DNA of 64,000 nt from Moniliella sp. 'wahieum'. Its lineage: Eukaryota. The position numbers and the translations under genes were made by a program. Below are positions 15,315 to 28,301 of the stretch, one piece after another (the stretch's first letter is position 1; each line of letters begins with the position of its first letter). The notes beneath the pieces are model-generated. The model was not told the origin of the DNA, did not search any database, and saw nothing but the letters and a program-made list of their open reading frames with translations. The stretch spans positions 62,001 to 126,000 of the forward strand of contig RSEE01000080.1 of assembly GCA_003971905.1 (NCBI GenBank). The letters are read 5' to 3'.

Positions 15315-16079
15315 ATGACCGACGTCGTCGCTCAATACATCGCCCAGCGCATGGGGAGGGATATCTCCCACCTCGTGGACCAAGGCGTCCTCACCCGTAC
15401 GCCCTTCTCTCCGCATTTGAGTCCGAGACGCATCGATCCTCCGCGGCGCTGACATTCGGCCTTTTTCTCCAGCCGAGCAGGCGCGGCCAATGCAGCACAG
15501 CTTGCGCCGCTGTTGGGGCCTACCATCCGTGTTCCCCCCGCACCCACCACCTTTCCCCCGCCACCTCATCCTTCCGCCATGCACCCCCCCTACCTCCCCC
15601 GTATCCCGCCGCACGAGTACCCTGCCACGCCGCCGCTGCCGCTGGGGCTGAGCGCCCCGTTCGCCCCACCCCGGCGCGCCCTCGGCGGACCCGGCAGAAG
15701 AGCTCGCTACGGCGCTGTACGACTACACCCCACACGCTCGGACGAACTGAGCTTCCGCAAGGGAGAGCAACTTGTGATTACGCAGCACACCACCGATTGG
15801 TTGATGGGGCGACCGCAGGCCGCGCCGCACGCTGCACCCAAACTGTTGCCAGCCAACTATGTCCGGTTGCTTCCCCGAGCAAGCGGGGGTGGGAACCAGT
15901 CGCCCCCCTGGGCGCCACCTCAAGCGAGCGGGTACCCGCCCCCAGCCACATCCTTCCCCCACCGGGCGTACACCCCGTACGCTAAGCCCCCCCACGACTG
16001 GGGTCTCCGTCTCCCCGTGGTTGGTGGTAGTGAGCTAGTCACGCTGCCAACAATTCGCTTTTCGCTTGCGCGTGTGTAG
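15315..16079 (+). CDS. SH3-domain protein, Pin3/Lsb1-like (3' end uncertain)
   Basis: N-terminal helix MTDVVAQYIAQRMGRDISHLVDQGVL resembles the Pin3/Lsb1 N-terminus. After an intron and a Pro-rich linker comes an SH3 domain (ALYDY)...SDELSFRKGEQLVITQHTTDWLMGR...LLPANYVRLL, then Pro/Tyr-rich sequence. Confidence 0.7.
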
Positions 16080-17538
16080 GCCGGTAGGCTCGAGGGGAGG
16101 CGAGCCCATCCCATGGGATGTTCACAGATGCATTGGTGTACGGTGGAGGACGCAGACGTAGCAGGGCGTATAGCAGGACGTACCCCTGCATCCTCTCTCG
16201 TGACACTTGTCCCCCTATACTTGCCACTTCACGGGGACGAGAACGCGCATCCCCCCTCAGCAAACGCAAGCAACAAGGGTAGCTAGGAAGGCTCTCGCTC
16301 GCGTCAGTAGGCCCCTTGCACGGGGAGCCCGATAGGGTGTCTACCAGATGTGCCTCCACCCTCACCACTCCATATTGCACCGCACAACGGCATGGTAGTG
16401 GTGCAAGCAGAGGGCCACAACCGTCAACCGTCCTTCCCCCCAGAAGGGACTTGCTCAAGGCATAGCGGGACTTATGAGCGTCGTACGACCATCGGCCTCG
16501 GTCCCGGTCCCGAGTGAAGCGCACGGACTTCTTCCCTGCCCGTTGCAGGAACAGAGCGAAGAAAGGTGGGCGGGGGGGGGGGAGGAGGCACAAACGGAGG
16601 CGCAAGAGCAAGGGAATAGGAATGAGTCCACCCCAATGGCTGCAACTGCGCATTCCTGGGTGGCTGGACCCCATGCCACCCTGCTAGATCAAATTGTGGC
16701 ACCAATCGTATCTTTGCATGCCCACCCCACCACGAAAGAACAAGGGACGAGAGGTGTTGCTACCACAGCTGCTACGTTGGGGCCACATGCGGGACTGCTG
16801 CTAGGTCACCGATGCCGGAACAATGTGCGAAACGTCGCAATAGTAAAGTTGGCCCTCATCAACCAGTTTGAGTCATCTCTCCGAATTCAAACAGGGTGAA
16901 GCCATGTGGGCGAGTTCCGTGAACTTGGTGAGGGGAGGGGAGTGGGGCTAACCGGTTCAGACGATAGGTTCAACCCGGCCGCAGCCGTGTCTCTCATTCG
17001 GAAAGAGAGGCGAGGTCCTCGGAGCGAAGGGCTGCAAGCCAGGATTTTACCAAGGAAGATGAACATCGATGCGGTTCATTCCACTGTGTACAATCAAAGC
17101 CGGACGAGCGTGCTGAGCAGGTCCTCTCACTGATGCTATGACGCGGGTTCGAGCGGATGGATCGCGTGCCACGTTTTGGGCCCTCCCCTTCGTAGTATCG
17201 GGACAACCTCTTATTAGGCGTGTCATGCGCACATCTTGTCAGAGATCTGATGGAGGCGTGCCTAGAGATACTACAGAAAAGAGAGGGGAAAAGGGAGTCC
17301 GTGACCTAACCGCAAGAGGGATGAACAAGAGGTTATCGGTACGACTTGTACCTATTGTCAGGCGGTGACACTTGGGTCGTGTAGGGCGGAGAAGGATGGT
17401 AGTGCTTGTTGGAGTGGTGAGTCATACTACGTCGGTCGTACTCGTTATATAACGACCGAGCGCCAGAAGACACTGGAAATCAGAATTGAAACGTGAAATG
17501 CTGGGATGGCCAATATCCAATCCCGATTCATTCTACGT

Positions 17539-17586
17539 ACATTGAACATTGAACATTGAACATTGAACATTGAACATTGAACATTG
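17539..17586. repeat. Heptanucleotide tandem repeat (ACATTGA)~7
   Basis: Seen directly, ending ~65 nt upstream of the SIT4 ATG. Confidence 0.95.
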
Positions 17587-17652
17587 CTCACATGGCTGCC
17601 CTCCTTTCTCTTTGGGCTCCACCACAATCAGCCCCTACCACCGCCAGCTACG

Positions 17653-18935
17653 ATGAGCAGCACCGATCTCGATTTGTGGATCTCGCAACTGAGCCAGTGC
17701 AAGTACCTCTCCGAGGGAGCCATGGAGTCGCTCTGTGCGCGCGTCAAGGCCATCCTGATGGAGGAGGCCAACATCCAGCCCGTCTCGAGCCCCGTGACCG
17801 TATGCGGCGACATCCATGGCCAGCTATGGGACTTGCTGGAACTGTTGCGCGTTGGCGGTCCTCCTCCCACCACGTCGTACATATTTATGGGCGACTTTGT
17901 CGACCGTGGCTACTTTTCGCTGGAAACGCTCTCGTTGCTCATGGCGCTCAAGGCGCGGTGGCCCGATCGGGTGACGTTGTTGCGCGGCAACCACGAGTCG
18001 CGGCAAATTACGCAGGTCTACGGGTTTTACGATGAGTGCCAGCACAAGTATGGCAATGCCAACGTATGGAAACTGTGTTGCCAAGTGTTTGACTACCTCA
18101 ACTTGGCTGCCATTATCGATGGTCGCGTTTTGTGTGTCCATGGGGGTCTGAGTCCCGAGGTGCGCATGCTGGACCAGATCCGCACCCTCTCTCGTGCCCA
18201 GGAGATCCCGCACGAAGGCGCGTTCTGTGACCTAATGTGGTCCGACCCGGAGGAGGTGGATACGTGGGCCATGTCCCGCGCGGGGCGGGATGGCTGTTTG
18301 GCAATACGGTCACTACGGAGTTTAACCATCTGAACAATCTGGATTTGATCGCGCGCGCACACCAGTTTGCAGGAAGGATTGTGCGTTCGTCCCCCCCCCC
18401 CCCTGTTTCTTGCTTGCTTCTGTGGTTTTCTCTGTGTTGACTCTTTCTTTGCGTGGGGTGTCATGTAACAGCAAACTCATGCACGATAACCAGATCGTTA
18501 CCGTTTGGTCCGCCCCCAATTACTGCTATCCCTGCGGCAATGTGGCTTCGATCTTTGAGGTGCCCGACTTGCTCGATCTGCCAGCTGACAATTCCAGTCC
18601 CCAGGCTCAAGAGGCGACTGGGGACGAAGGAAGCAGCAAGGTGGGCCAATCCGCCTCGCACGCTGCTTCCCACGCATCCTCCCCGGACTGGACAGAGGAA
18701 CGATCGTCGTCGCCCACCTCGCTTGCTTCCTCTCACCCGTCCACGCCTACTGGCCCAACTCCTTCCCGCCTCGATGGGGAGGAGGACACGTCCCGCTCTG
18801 CCCGTCTTGGTCCAGCATCCAAGTCCGCTTCGACCCACTCGTTGATTGGACCGGGAACTTTAAGATTTTCTCGGCCGTGCCCGACATGGAACGCACACCC
18901 CAAGTCGAATGGCCAGTTCGCAGTACTTTCTCTGA
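17653..18935 (+). CDS. SIT4: Ser/Thr protein phosphatase PP6 catalytic subunit (Sit4/Ppe1)
   Basis: PPP motifs [39 protein letters not shown] and SAPNYCY. PP6-type [22 protein letters not shown] and [14 protein letters not shown]-terminal FKIFSAVPD...QYFL*. Intron 18381-18470. Confidence 0.92.
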
Positions 18936-19207
18936 CTTGGTTGGCCATCTCTGTTTCTCTCGCATCCAATGCCCCCTTTGTACCACCCTGTCAACTTGTA
19001 CCATGCCATCCTTTGGCTACCTGACCACAAGGACGTTTTTTGGCGCCAAGACGCGGCGCAGTTGTAGCTAAACAAGGACCCATCGGTTTCTTCCTAAAAA
19101 GTAGATTGCTCACACCCAGCTGCCAGCTCGGTGAAGCGCAAGTGGTGGACACGGGGACTAGGTGCTTTGTTTTTACTTTCTTTTTTATTAGTTTGCAGCG
19201 CTAGACA

Positions 19208-19249
19208 TGTCAGATTGTCAGGTGTCAGGTGTCAGGTGTCAGGTGTCAG
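19208..19249. repeat. Heptanucleotide tandem repeat (TGTCAGG)~5
   Basis: tgtcaggtgtcaggtgtcaggtgtcaggtgtcagg seen directly. Confidence 0.9.
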
Positions 19250-19351
19250 GGCACAACCTGGATGCCCATCTGATTGGCCATCTGAAAAAGCTGGCGACAC
19301 ATTGACTGGAGAAGTACGTCGTACTCCAGCAGCTCCATCGTAGGTGAAGCG

Positions 19352-20307
19352 TCAGGACGAAGCGAAGCGCCTTCGAAGAGTAGTTTCCGTCATGCTCTTC
19401 CGAAAACAGGGAAGGGTATTGTTCTGGGTAGCCAAGGGGCTTGCGTGGGGGCGGATCCAAGTCCTGGACCTTGGCTTGGGCAATGAAAAAGATGTGCTTG
19501 AGTGTGATGCGGCCATTGAACGTGGAAGCAGTGAGGGGGGAAGAGTGGGTAACGCCAGCTGCTCGTTTGAGCCACCACTGTGCGGGGGGGGAGTGATTCG
19601 TACCTTCCATTCCCCCGACTCGGTCACCAACGTTTGCGGCCAATGGGTAAAGGATGGCTTGTCGGTCGTTTGCCGCGCCCACTCTTTCATGCTCGGATAC
19701 GCAAACGTTTGTTCCATCGGATCCACATCGGCGGGACATCCCAAGTAGGTTGCTTTCATCCCCAACGGGATCCACTCTTCGTATTCCTTGGTCGCACGGC
19801 ACACAGCGATCATCAGTCGGGTCCGCCAGGCAGCTTCCGGCGCCGAGTGGCCCACGGCCAACCCGGGGATGTGGCTCATCTGCCATGCATACCGCTGAGC
19901 CCGACCGGCAGGAACGAGCGAACGGAAAACGGTGCCCGGGGCAGGAGGCTCCGCCTGCCATGGGATTTCTACCTGGGGCTCCATCCGCATTCCGCTGCGG
20001 CACGATCGGTCCCTCCACCCCCCGGGCGGAGGATCGATGACAAGGTGTTTGTTGATTCCTTGCCGCTCCGATGGCGTCCCCGCCGAAGGAGGCGGGGGAG
20101 GACGTTTGGGCGCGGCAGGCAGTTGGCCAGGGAAGGGGATTCGCTTGGGCTGGGGCGGAGAAGAGGGTGGTGGAGGAGCCGAGTGGACGCGGCGCGACGA
20201 TGACACGGATCGGGCGAGAGCCAATGCGCGTCGCCTGCTGCCTCCCACAGAGGGAAGCGAAGCGACAGACCGGGCGCGGAGAGGGGCATCAACCTAGCAC
20301 CCGCCAT
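19352..20307 (-). CDS. Hypothetical protein, possibly mitochondrial (3' end uncertain)
   Basis: ATG at 20307 is divergent from NIP7. The N-terminus is Arg/Ser/Leu-rich and acid-poor ([10 protein letters not shown]...[18 protein letters not shown]), followed by a protein-like ORF to ~19352. No family recognised. Confidence 0.45.
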
Positions 20308-20545
20308 GGTTCCCACTCGGTCCCCAGCCAGGCGGGTAGGATGTGGAGACGGCAGGGAGGACGCCTACGACGGCCATCCCGCCCAAGCAGCAAGGAGGGG
20401 CCAGGCGGAACGGACCAATTGTTGCCCAGCGGAATCGCAGCGGCGGAGGAGATCGGTGCAAAAATTTCGCGGGGGCAGTAGGAGCCTTTTTTCATGGCTG
20501 CCGCTGGTGGGCCCGCCACGCTCTGCCGCTCCCCAACCACCGACA

Positions 20546-21206
20546 ATGCGTCCGCTCACCGAAGAGGAAACGACCACGCTGTTTACCAAGCTGGCCAACT
20601 ATGTCGGCCCCAACATTGTCCGCCTCCTGGACCGTTCGGATGAGCCGTACGTCTTCCGACTGCACCGGGACCGGGTGTACTATGTGTCGGAGGCAGCCAT
20701 GAAGCTGGCGGCGTCGGTGAGCCGGGGGCAGTTGATGAGCCTCGGGACTTGCCTGGGCAAGTTTTCCAAGACGGGCAAGTTCCGCATGCACATTACCGCG
20801 CTCGACGTGATTGCGCCGTTGGCCCCGCACCGGGTATGGATCAAGTCGAATGGTGAACTGCCCTTCTTGTATGGTGGCCACATTGTCAAGGCGCACCTTG
20901 GCCGCATTACCGACGATACACCGGAGCATGCGGGAGTGGTGGTACTATCCATGAACGGTACGCCGCTCGGGTTTGGCGTGACGGCGCGTTCGACAGTGGA
21001 CACGAGGAAACTGGACCCGACATCGATCATTGTCTTTCACCAGGCAGACGTGGGCGAGTACCTGCGTGATGAGGTACGTTGTGGTCGGAGTGGTGGTGGT
21101 AGGAGACTGACGGATTGGGCATGTGGGTTTGCAGGACACGTTGTTCTATGGAGCTGATTGGGGCACAACGCATGCAATGCACGCACGCGTACGGCGCGCG
21201 CCTTGA
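20546..21206 (+). CDS. NIP7: 60S ribosome biogenesis protein Nip7 (PUA domain)
   Basis: [21 protein letters not shown]...[10 protein letters not shown]...[23 protein letters not shown]...[14 protein letters not shown]. Intron 21074-21134, then DTLF. The true stop may lie at ~21149 if a base is missing. Confidence 0.95.
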
Positions 21207-21996
21207 GCTCCCCGCGTCCGTGTTGGCACGTCCGGACCAGACTGAGGTGGGTGTTGGCTGCATGGCCGCGTATGGGGACTTGCTGCATGCAAGCGGCACG
21301 CAGGGTGTGTGGTGGAGTGGCGGCGGCGAGAGACGATGCGATGTTCATGTACAGTACCATGCAGTAGCCGGTCCCATGGCCTGTCCCAATGGGTTTGCGG
21401 TGCGGCGAGAAGGAGCGGGGCACGTGACAGCGGGCAGAGGAAGCGAGGGCTGGGGCGAACTTGAAGCTTGAGTAGTGCAGAGTGGATACGGAGGACGGAC
21501 GCAGGCGAGAGCGAGTGCGGAGTATTGAGGCAGTGTCCTCGCGGGCGAGTGGTGTGGTGCGGGCGCCAAGCGGCAGGAGTAGCGGGTGTGCCTGGTTGAG
21601 ATCGACTGGGGAAAGGTGCGGCGAGCACGGCTGGAGATCGGAGGGATGTGACATGTGCGGTGTAGGACGATCATGACGATCGACGTACTAGTAAGAGGCG
21701 CGGGCGCTGAGGCCGAGGAGGATCGGGACTAGGATGCGAGGGGGCTGTGAGGCGTGTGTCGGAGTACTGAGTGCTATAGTGGTGGCCAACGATCGCGAGT
21801 GGAGCTAGATAGTGACAGGCAGTGGCTAGTGCTAGTCGAGTAAAGCGCTGCGCTTGGGCCTACGGACACTGTCAAGGAAGGAGCGCCGTCCTATAGTCGC
21901 GTCGGCAACACCCAGCCAGTACCCGATGTACGCAGCATAGCAACGCGAAGCACGCGCGCCTGCCCCACCCCCACCTCCACCACACCGTTGCGGCCC

Positions 21997-24564
21997 ATGC
22001 GTGGGCTCCGCGACTTGCGCCACTCGCTCACACGCAGCACCTCGCCCCTCCCCCCCCCACCCCCACCTCGCTCCCCGCGACCCCCACCGCTCCCTCCACC
22101 TCGGCCTCGGCGCAGCAGCAGCACTGCCAGCCGCAGCACGCACCTTGCTCCCTCCCCCTCTCCCGGGAACCCCGCTGTCGATCCCCGCGCGCCCCCCCAT
22201 CATCCACGCCCTCGCCTCCAGCGGCCCCGCGCCCTGCCCGCCGGCTGGCTTGCCTACAGTGCGGCTTTTTCCATGTCCTGCAACAGCCCCCGCCCACCGC
22301 CGATTGGTCGATGCCGTCGACCCCATCCACGGCACAGCCGGCAAGGTGCCCCAAGCCGCCTTCACCGTCTTGACCCGCACCACCGTCAGTCCCTCACACC
22401 TTCCTTCCCGCTTTCTCCCGCAACAACAGCCCCACCACCCGCCTCACGCTCCTCGACCAGCATGTCACTCCTGTCCCCCGCCACGTCCCGACTCTGGCCC
22501 CCACCTCTCGCCCCTCTCTCCTGGCTCCCACCCAGCCACGTGTGGCATCCGCGCCGTGTCCTGCTCGACTTAGCCGGGCGCGACGACGAGGTGACAGCCC
22601 CGAGGGGACAGAGTATTGATCCTGGCCCACTCCATGCAGAGTGGTACGTCGTTCGCCCCTTGCCCTCGCCTCGACGGAGCGAGAACGGGAGGGCAGCCGA
22701 CGGCTGCTCAGCTCGCGGGTGCAGGCAGCATTGCTCTGCTGCCGGTAGCCTGTGTATCTCTCCTGGATCCCGACTCGGCTCGCATTCTGTCCGCTCACGA
22801 GGCGGAAGCACTTGTCTCGGTGGTGGCTCATTCCTCCGTCGACGAGTGGAAGGGTCGCGTCACTGCTGCATTTACCCCTGTACTCAACACGCCCAACACC
22901 ACATACCCAGGCCATCGTTCCGCCCGTTCGTGAGGCACCAGACCAAGTGCTTCCCATACCCGCTGTCCTTCCCCACCGCGAGCTGCTCCCTCCACCGATC
23001 CTGTGCCCTTGGAGAGACCAGCTCCCTCACCTGTACCTCTAGGTGGAAGTGCAACGGACGCGTTGATCCAAGGGGCTGACCCTGTAGACCTACTTCGAGC
23101 CGGGTACCTCCCCCCGGGGGGCAGTCCCCTGCCGACTGGGGTGGTCACCTCTGCTCGGGTGGATGGAGTGCACTTTGAGCAGGGCGACTATTGGTTCCGA
23201 GTACGAGCGACCCACTTGGCCTGGCCTGCCCCCCCAGCCCCTGGACCTCCACGAGGCCTGCGTTTGGCCCACGCAGGACAGATACCGGCCGGGTCGGTGA
23301 CCGAGGGAGACGGCAGAAATGAACTGCAGGCGGAAGAGGAGTTGGCCAGAATGGAAGACTTTGCTCCTCCGCGTCAGGATGACCCTCCGCTTCCCGAGCC
23401 CCCTGCCAACTTGCCTGCTGCCCAAGAGGGGCAAGTGCGCGAACTGATCCTGTACCGATTGTACGAGGACTTTTACGAGTTCCACATTGCCCTCCAAGAC
23501 TACTTTCCCCAAGAAGCCGCGTTGGGTCGGGCCGAGGCACGTCATGCGGTCGACCCAAGCTGAAGTGCGTGCCAGTACCGAGTCCAATTCAGCATCGCGA
23601 TACAATGCGTCGCCGCCTCGTGTAGACCCACAAGGTCGAGCCTTTCTTCCTCTGATGCCCGGCCCGGTTCCCCCTGCGAGTGAGCAAGAGGAGCCCTTGA
23701 CGCCCGGTAGGATGGACGCGGCATGGCAGCAGCAAGCAGTCGACTTGAACCTCTACACCTCCCAGTTGGTCGCTCTGCCTCTCTACATTGTCCGTTCAGA
23801 ATTGGCCCGACTCTTCTTTGAACCCAGGCCTGGGGATGGGTGCAGTGTATTAGTCGACTCGCACTCAGGTTCCGCTAGACGGGCAGGAACGATGGCGCAC
23901 TCCTTCACTTCCTATCGTTCCGACAGCCACGACGCCCACCAGTTGGCAAGCCAACTATCCAGCACCCACCTGAACCCTTCCTCGCTGGCGAGCTCGAAGG
24001 GCTCAGCTGCATCGCAGGAACACGATGGGTTTGGCGACATGGCGAGGAACCGCAATGTTCTCCTCCAGAGGCAGCTCCTAGCCCTGGTCCTGGCCCAGGT
24101 ATGTCGGGCTCCCACACCACTTCCACCTCCAACTCTACCCCCACTGTGCCTTTTCCAAGTCGGGGGGCTCGTCCGGCTCAGGATCCAAAGCGATCAAGGC
24201 GCCTATCATAGCACCCAAATCCGCTGCCACTTGGTCGCATCCCATTGGGCCTGTCTCTACAGCGCCAACAGCCATAGTGGATACGTTGAAGGTCAAAGTA
24301 CTTCACCTGAGCACGGGCGACGTGGTGGCGCTCCGGGTTCCGAGAGGAACCACGCTGGACCAATTGACTGCCCGTGTGCACCATCGTTTCTCCCTCGCCG
24401 CCGCCGACGGACCCAGCCTTGCGTTGCGGTACAACCCGCACAACCCCTCGGCCCCCGCGACTGCCCCGGACGAAACGGAGCTGGTATGGCTCGACTCGGA
24501 CAATGCGTTGGCGAGCTGGGCCGAGGGAAGAACGAAACTCACGTTGTTTGTGGGCGGGCCATGA
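21997..24564 (+). CDS. BEM1: Divergent Bem1/Scd2-like polarity scaffold (SH3-SH3-PX-PB1)
   Basis: Domain order: degenerate SH3 (DPIHGTAGKVPQAAF), second SH3 (RDDEVTAPRGQSI..EWYVVRP..LLPVACV), SVDEWK element, PX (ELILYRLYEDFYEFHIALQDYFPQEA...LPLMPGP...LNLYTSQLVALP...LFFEPRPGD) and PB1 (TLKVKV...VALRVPR...KLTLFV). Frameshifted. Confidence 0.78.
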
Positions 24565-25729
24565 TTCACAAGCAGCCGCGCGCATGATGCCGGGGCCCCA
24601 CTCATGACGCTCGTACTTGCACTGGCTCTCAGCGGCCTTGCTCTCTCCCATCCCGTCCGCTTGACCTTTTTTCCCTTCCCTTGCTTCTTTTGTGGTTTAT
24701 ACATACCTGCGCCCTGAGCGCCCCCTCCACTACCCTCAATATTCAATCGCCATGCGCCCCGACACAGATCCAGGTGAACCGTGGGGATTGTCATTTGCTG
24801 TGCGCTGTCGCTGTGGTCGGCACGCGTGTGTCCTGTGCCTCCTTTTTCCCTCGTCAGGATCGGGGGGAGCGCATGTGAGCAACGATGAGTGAAGGGCACA
24901 AACAGACAGAACGGACACGATACCATGACACGTTCGCACCTCCTCGCTTGTTCTCCTGTGCACAGAGTTAAACGTGCAACCAGTTTTTGCTGGAATCGGC
25001 CTCTCGCCCCCCGCCCCCTTCCTGCCTCTCTTCTGCTTGCCCACCAAGTCGACGGATGGGGACGACGGGGTGGAGCACGCCTGTGCCGACGGGTAGAAGA
25101 GGAGGTGATGTTCGTCCCTGCTTCCCGCCTTGCTTCTTTGCCCGTTCTGGGGGCGGAGGGACAGCGATGTGATAATGAGCGAACCATTGATTTGAATATG
25201 ACCAAGTCACTAGTCACTTTTGTGGAGCAGGACGCTGGTCCACCGGTCGGAGGACACGAGGCTGGGTGGAACGAGTGAAAGATTGACCGATTGGGGTGGA
25301 GGCGGGGTGGAGTTCCACTCAACGTTCACCTCATCTTGAACGTTCAACAGCCGCTGACCCAGCGCACGGGGGGCACTGCCCCCGTGCCCCTGGCTGGGCT
25401 GGGACGCGCCGGTATGTTGATGTTCTATCTAAGTCCATCTAACCAACGATCACACCCAACCCTAGCCCCGGGCTCCAGGCGGGCGCTGCCCCGTGCCCCC
25501 TGCTGGCACCCCGTCCCATCGCACGCCAGAGGCAGCGCGGCGCCTGTGTAGCGCGCCCGGTGGGACGGGTGGGGCTAGGGTTGGAGGTTGGACCATGAGC
25601 CAGGCTGCCTCGGCCTGCTGGCCAATCACGGCGTCCGGTGCGACTACAAGTGCTTCGGGCGAGCCTTTCCTCCCTGCCTCTCTCCTCCACCTCCTCACTC
25701 CTCCTCCTCCCTTCTCTGCCTGCCCCGCC

Positions 25730-28301
25730 ATGTCCGCCGTGCCCGCGCACCCACGCGAGCTTCGGCCCATCCAGCCCTCGGTTGACCCCCGCACACGCGG
25801 CACTGCTGCTGCCCGCCCCGGCCGCTATGCCGACAACAAGGAGAACCGCCCGGCCGCAGCATCTGCCGCGCCGGCTCCAAGCCCGCCCCCGCCCAGACCA
25901 AGCAGCACACCAGCAAGAAGTCGGTCCTGCCCACCGCGCCCTCTGTCATCGTCGATGCCCGCGGGTACGAGTACCAAACCGGCCGCGTGGGCCAGGGCGG
26001 CTTTGCCCGGGTGTACGATGCTCGGGCGGCCGATGGCACCCACTATGCCTTCAAGGTGATTGACAAGGCATCCGTGCTCTCGTCCAAGCGGAACCGGGGC
26101 AAGCTGCTTGCCGAAATGAAGATCCACAAGTCGATGCGTCATGCCCACATTGTCGGCTTCCTCGATGAATTCGAAGACTCGGCCAACGTCTACTTCAAGT
26201 TGGAGCTGTGTGCTTACGGTGTATGTTTTTTCGGAGCCTCTGCTGCGCTTGCCTCCCTTGAGTACTAACCTTGTAACCTTGTTTTGTGCTGCAGAGCATC
26301 AACGACATGATCAAGAAACGAGGCCGCTTTAGCGAGGAGGAGTCGCGTTACTTTATGGTCCAGATCCTGACCGCCTGCCAACACATGCACCTCAACTCGG
26401 TCATCCATCGCGACCTCAAGCTCGGAAACATCATGCTGGACGACAACATGCAAATCAAGATTGGTGACTTTGGCTTGGCAGCGCTTCTGTCGTACCCGGA
26501 AGAGCGCAAACGCACCGTCTGCGGCACGCCAAACTACATTGCCCCGGAGATCCTGTACGACCAAGGCCAAGGCCACTCGTTTGAAGTCGACATTTGGTCC
26601 GTCGGGGTTATCCTGTATACTCTGGTTGTTGGCAAGCCTCCTTTCCAAACGTCCAATGTCCAAAAGATTTACGAGCGCATCAAGCGCAACGAATACGAGA
26701 TCCCACCCGACTGCCCCATCTCTCCCGAGGCGCGCGACCTGATCGATGCCATCTTGCAACCCGACCCGTCGCTGCGGCCTACGCTCATCCAGATCATGAA
26801 TCACCCATGGATCACCATGGGTCCTGTGCCTGCCAGCTTGCCTGCCAGCTCGGTCAACGCGATGGCCATCCTGCCTCGCATTTCGTCCAACCAGAGCCAA
26901 GCCAACCTGCTCACCCTGCAACGCGTCGGCAACTGGATCCCCAATGCCGATGATGAGCTGCCCGAGGAACTGGAGGACATTGAGATGACCGACGCCGAGC
27001 CCGCTGGACGGGAAGATCTTCGGTCTCGTCTGGGAGCCATGGTGGACATTGAGAACCAACGTGCCCAAGCCAACTCGGAAGCTGAGAAGGCAGTCAACCC
27101 AGAGATGCCAGTCTCGGCGCTGCTCAAAGCGGGCCAGCCTCTGCAAAAGGTTCCACCTTCCGCTGCTGCTCCCTCGCGGGCGCCTCGTCGCCCCCCCCTC
27201 GCCTCCCACTCCTCGTCCACACCCAGTCGCCCTCCTTTCACTGCCCGTATCGTCGATTACCTCACAGCTGCCATGCGAGCGTACGATGCGAATGTTGACC
27301 TTGCCATCCCCTTGGCCTTGGAGGATCTTCCGGCTTCGGCTGCCTTGGGCCCAGCCAAGGCACCCATGATGGAGGCAGAAATGCGGGCGGACGGGACGGT
27401 GCGCCGGTGTCCGCCCGCCCCGTCGGCATTTATCTTGTCGTGGCTCGATGCCTCGGACCGGTACGGGTTGGGGTACGCCCTGTCCAACGGCTCGGTCGGC
27501 GTTCACTTCCGCGACGGATCGACGACTGTGCTGGCGCCGTCCCGGACAGGGTTCGAGTACGTCTGTCCCACCCGGCGCGCCGCGGCGGCAGGACCGACGC
27601 CGGCAGATGCCGAGTCGCAATTGGGGTCGGACCTGTTGCGGCGAAAAGAGTACCCACTTCCGCGCAACAACCGTGGTGAAATTCTTTGCGAGGCAGCGAC
27701 GGACCAAGCGGCGAGCGAACTGAGGCAAGCTGCCGACCAGTACCTGTCCAAGGATCTGGTCAACAAGCTCGAGATTCTCATGTACTTCCAAGCGGAGATC
27801 ACGGACCGTCTGTGTGGCGCGGACCATCCTCTGATGCGGATTCCCTCGGCCGGCAGCTTGGAAGGCAAGACACTCCCCTTTGTTCATCGTTGGTTCCGTG
27901 CCACGACCGCCATCGTCTTTGTCTTCTCGGACGATCTGGTGCAGTTCAACTTTTACGACCACATCAAGGTGCTCATCTCGAACCGCGGTGGGGTGGTGGG
28001 TGCGATGGTGCCCAACGAGGCGCCGCTTGCCGGCTCCCCAGGCGGACCGCCGGCCCACCTCCTGTTCACCTGGCGCCTCGATGAGCTGGTCAACATTACC
28101 CGTCGCGACCGTTCGCAACGCGAGGCTGCCGCCCTTAGCGCTGCCCACTCCGCTACCGCCTCGCGCCCTTCGGTGCCGCTGTCGGACCTGGTCAACATCA
28201 ACATCACCTCCCCCGAAGAACGCCGGGCAGCACGAAGGGTGTGGCGCAAGCTGCCCGTCTGTCGGGAAGTACTGGCCAAGAGTGCTGGGTTGGACCTCTA
28301 A
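25730..28301 (+). CDS. CDC5: Polo-like kinase
   Basis: GQGGFARVY, HRDLKLGN, KIGDFGLAA, ERKRTVCGTPNYIAPEIL and GHSFEVDIWS. Polo boxes WLDASDRYGLGYALSNGSVGVHFRDGS and VQFNFYDHIKV. N-terminal KEN box. Intron ~26221-26294. Confidence 0.96.

Noticed and set aside
16455..16480. CATAGCGGGACTTA resembling the RNase MRP 3' P4 strand
   Set aside because: No matching upstream GAAAGTCCC-type strand was seen.
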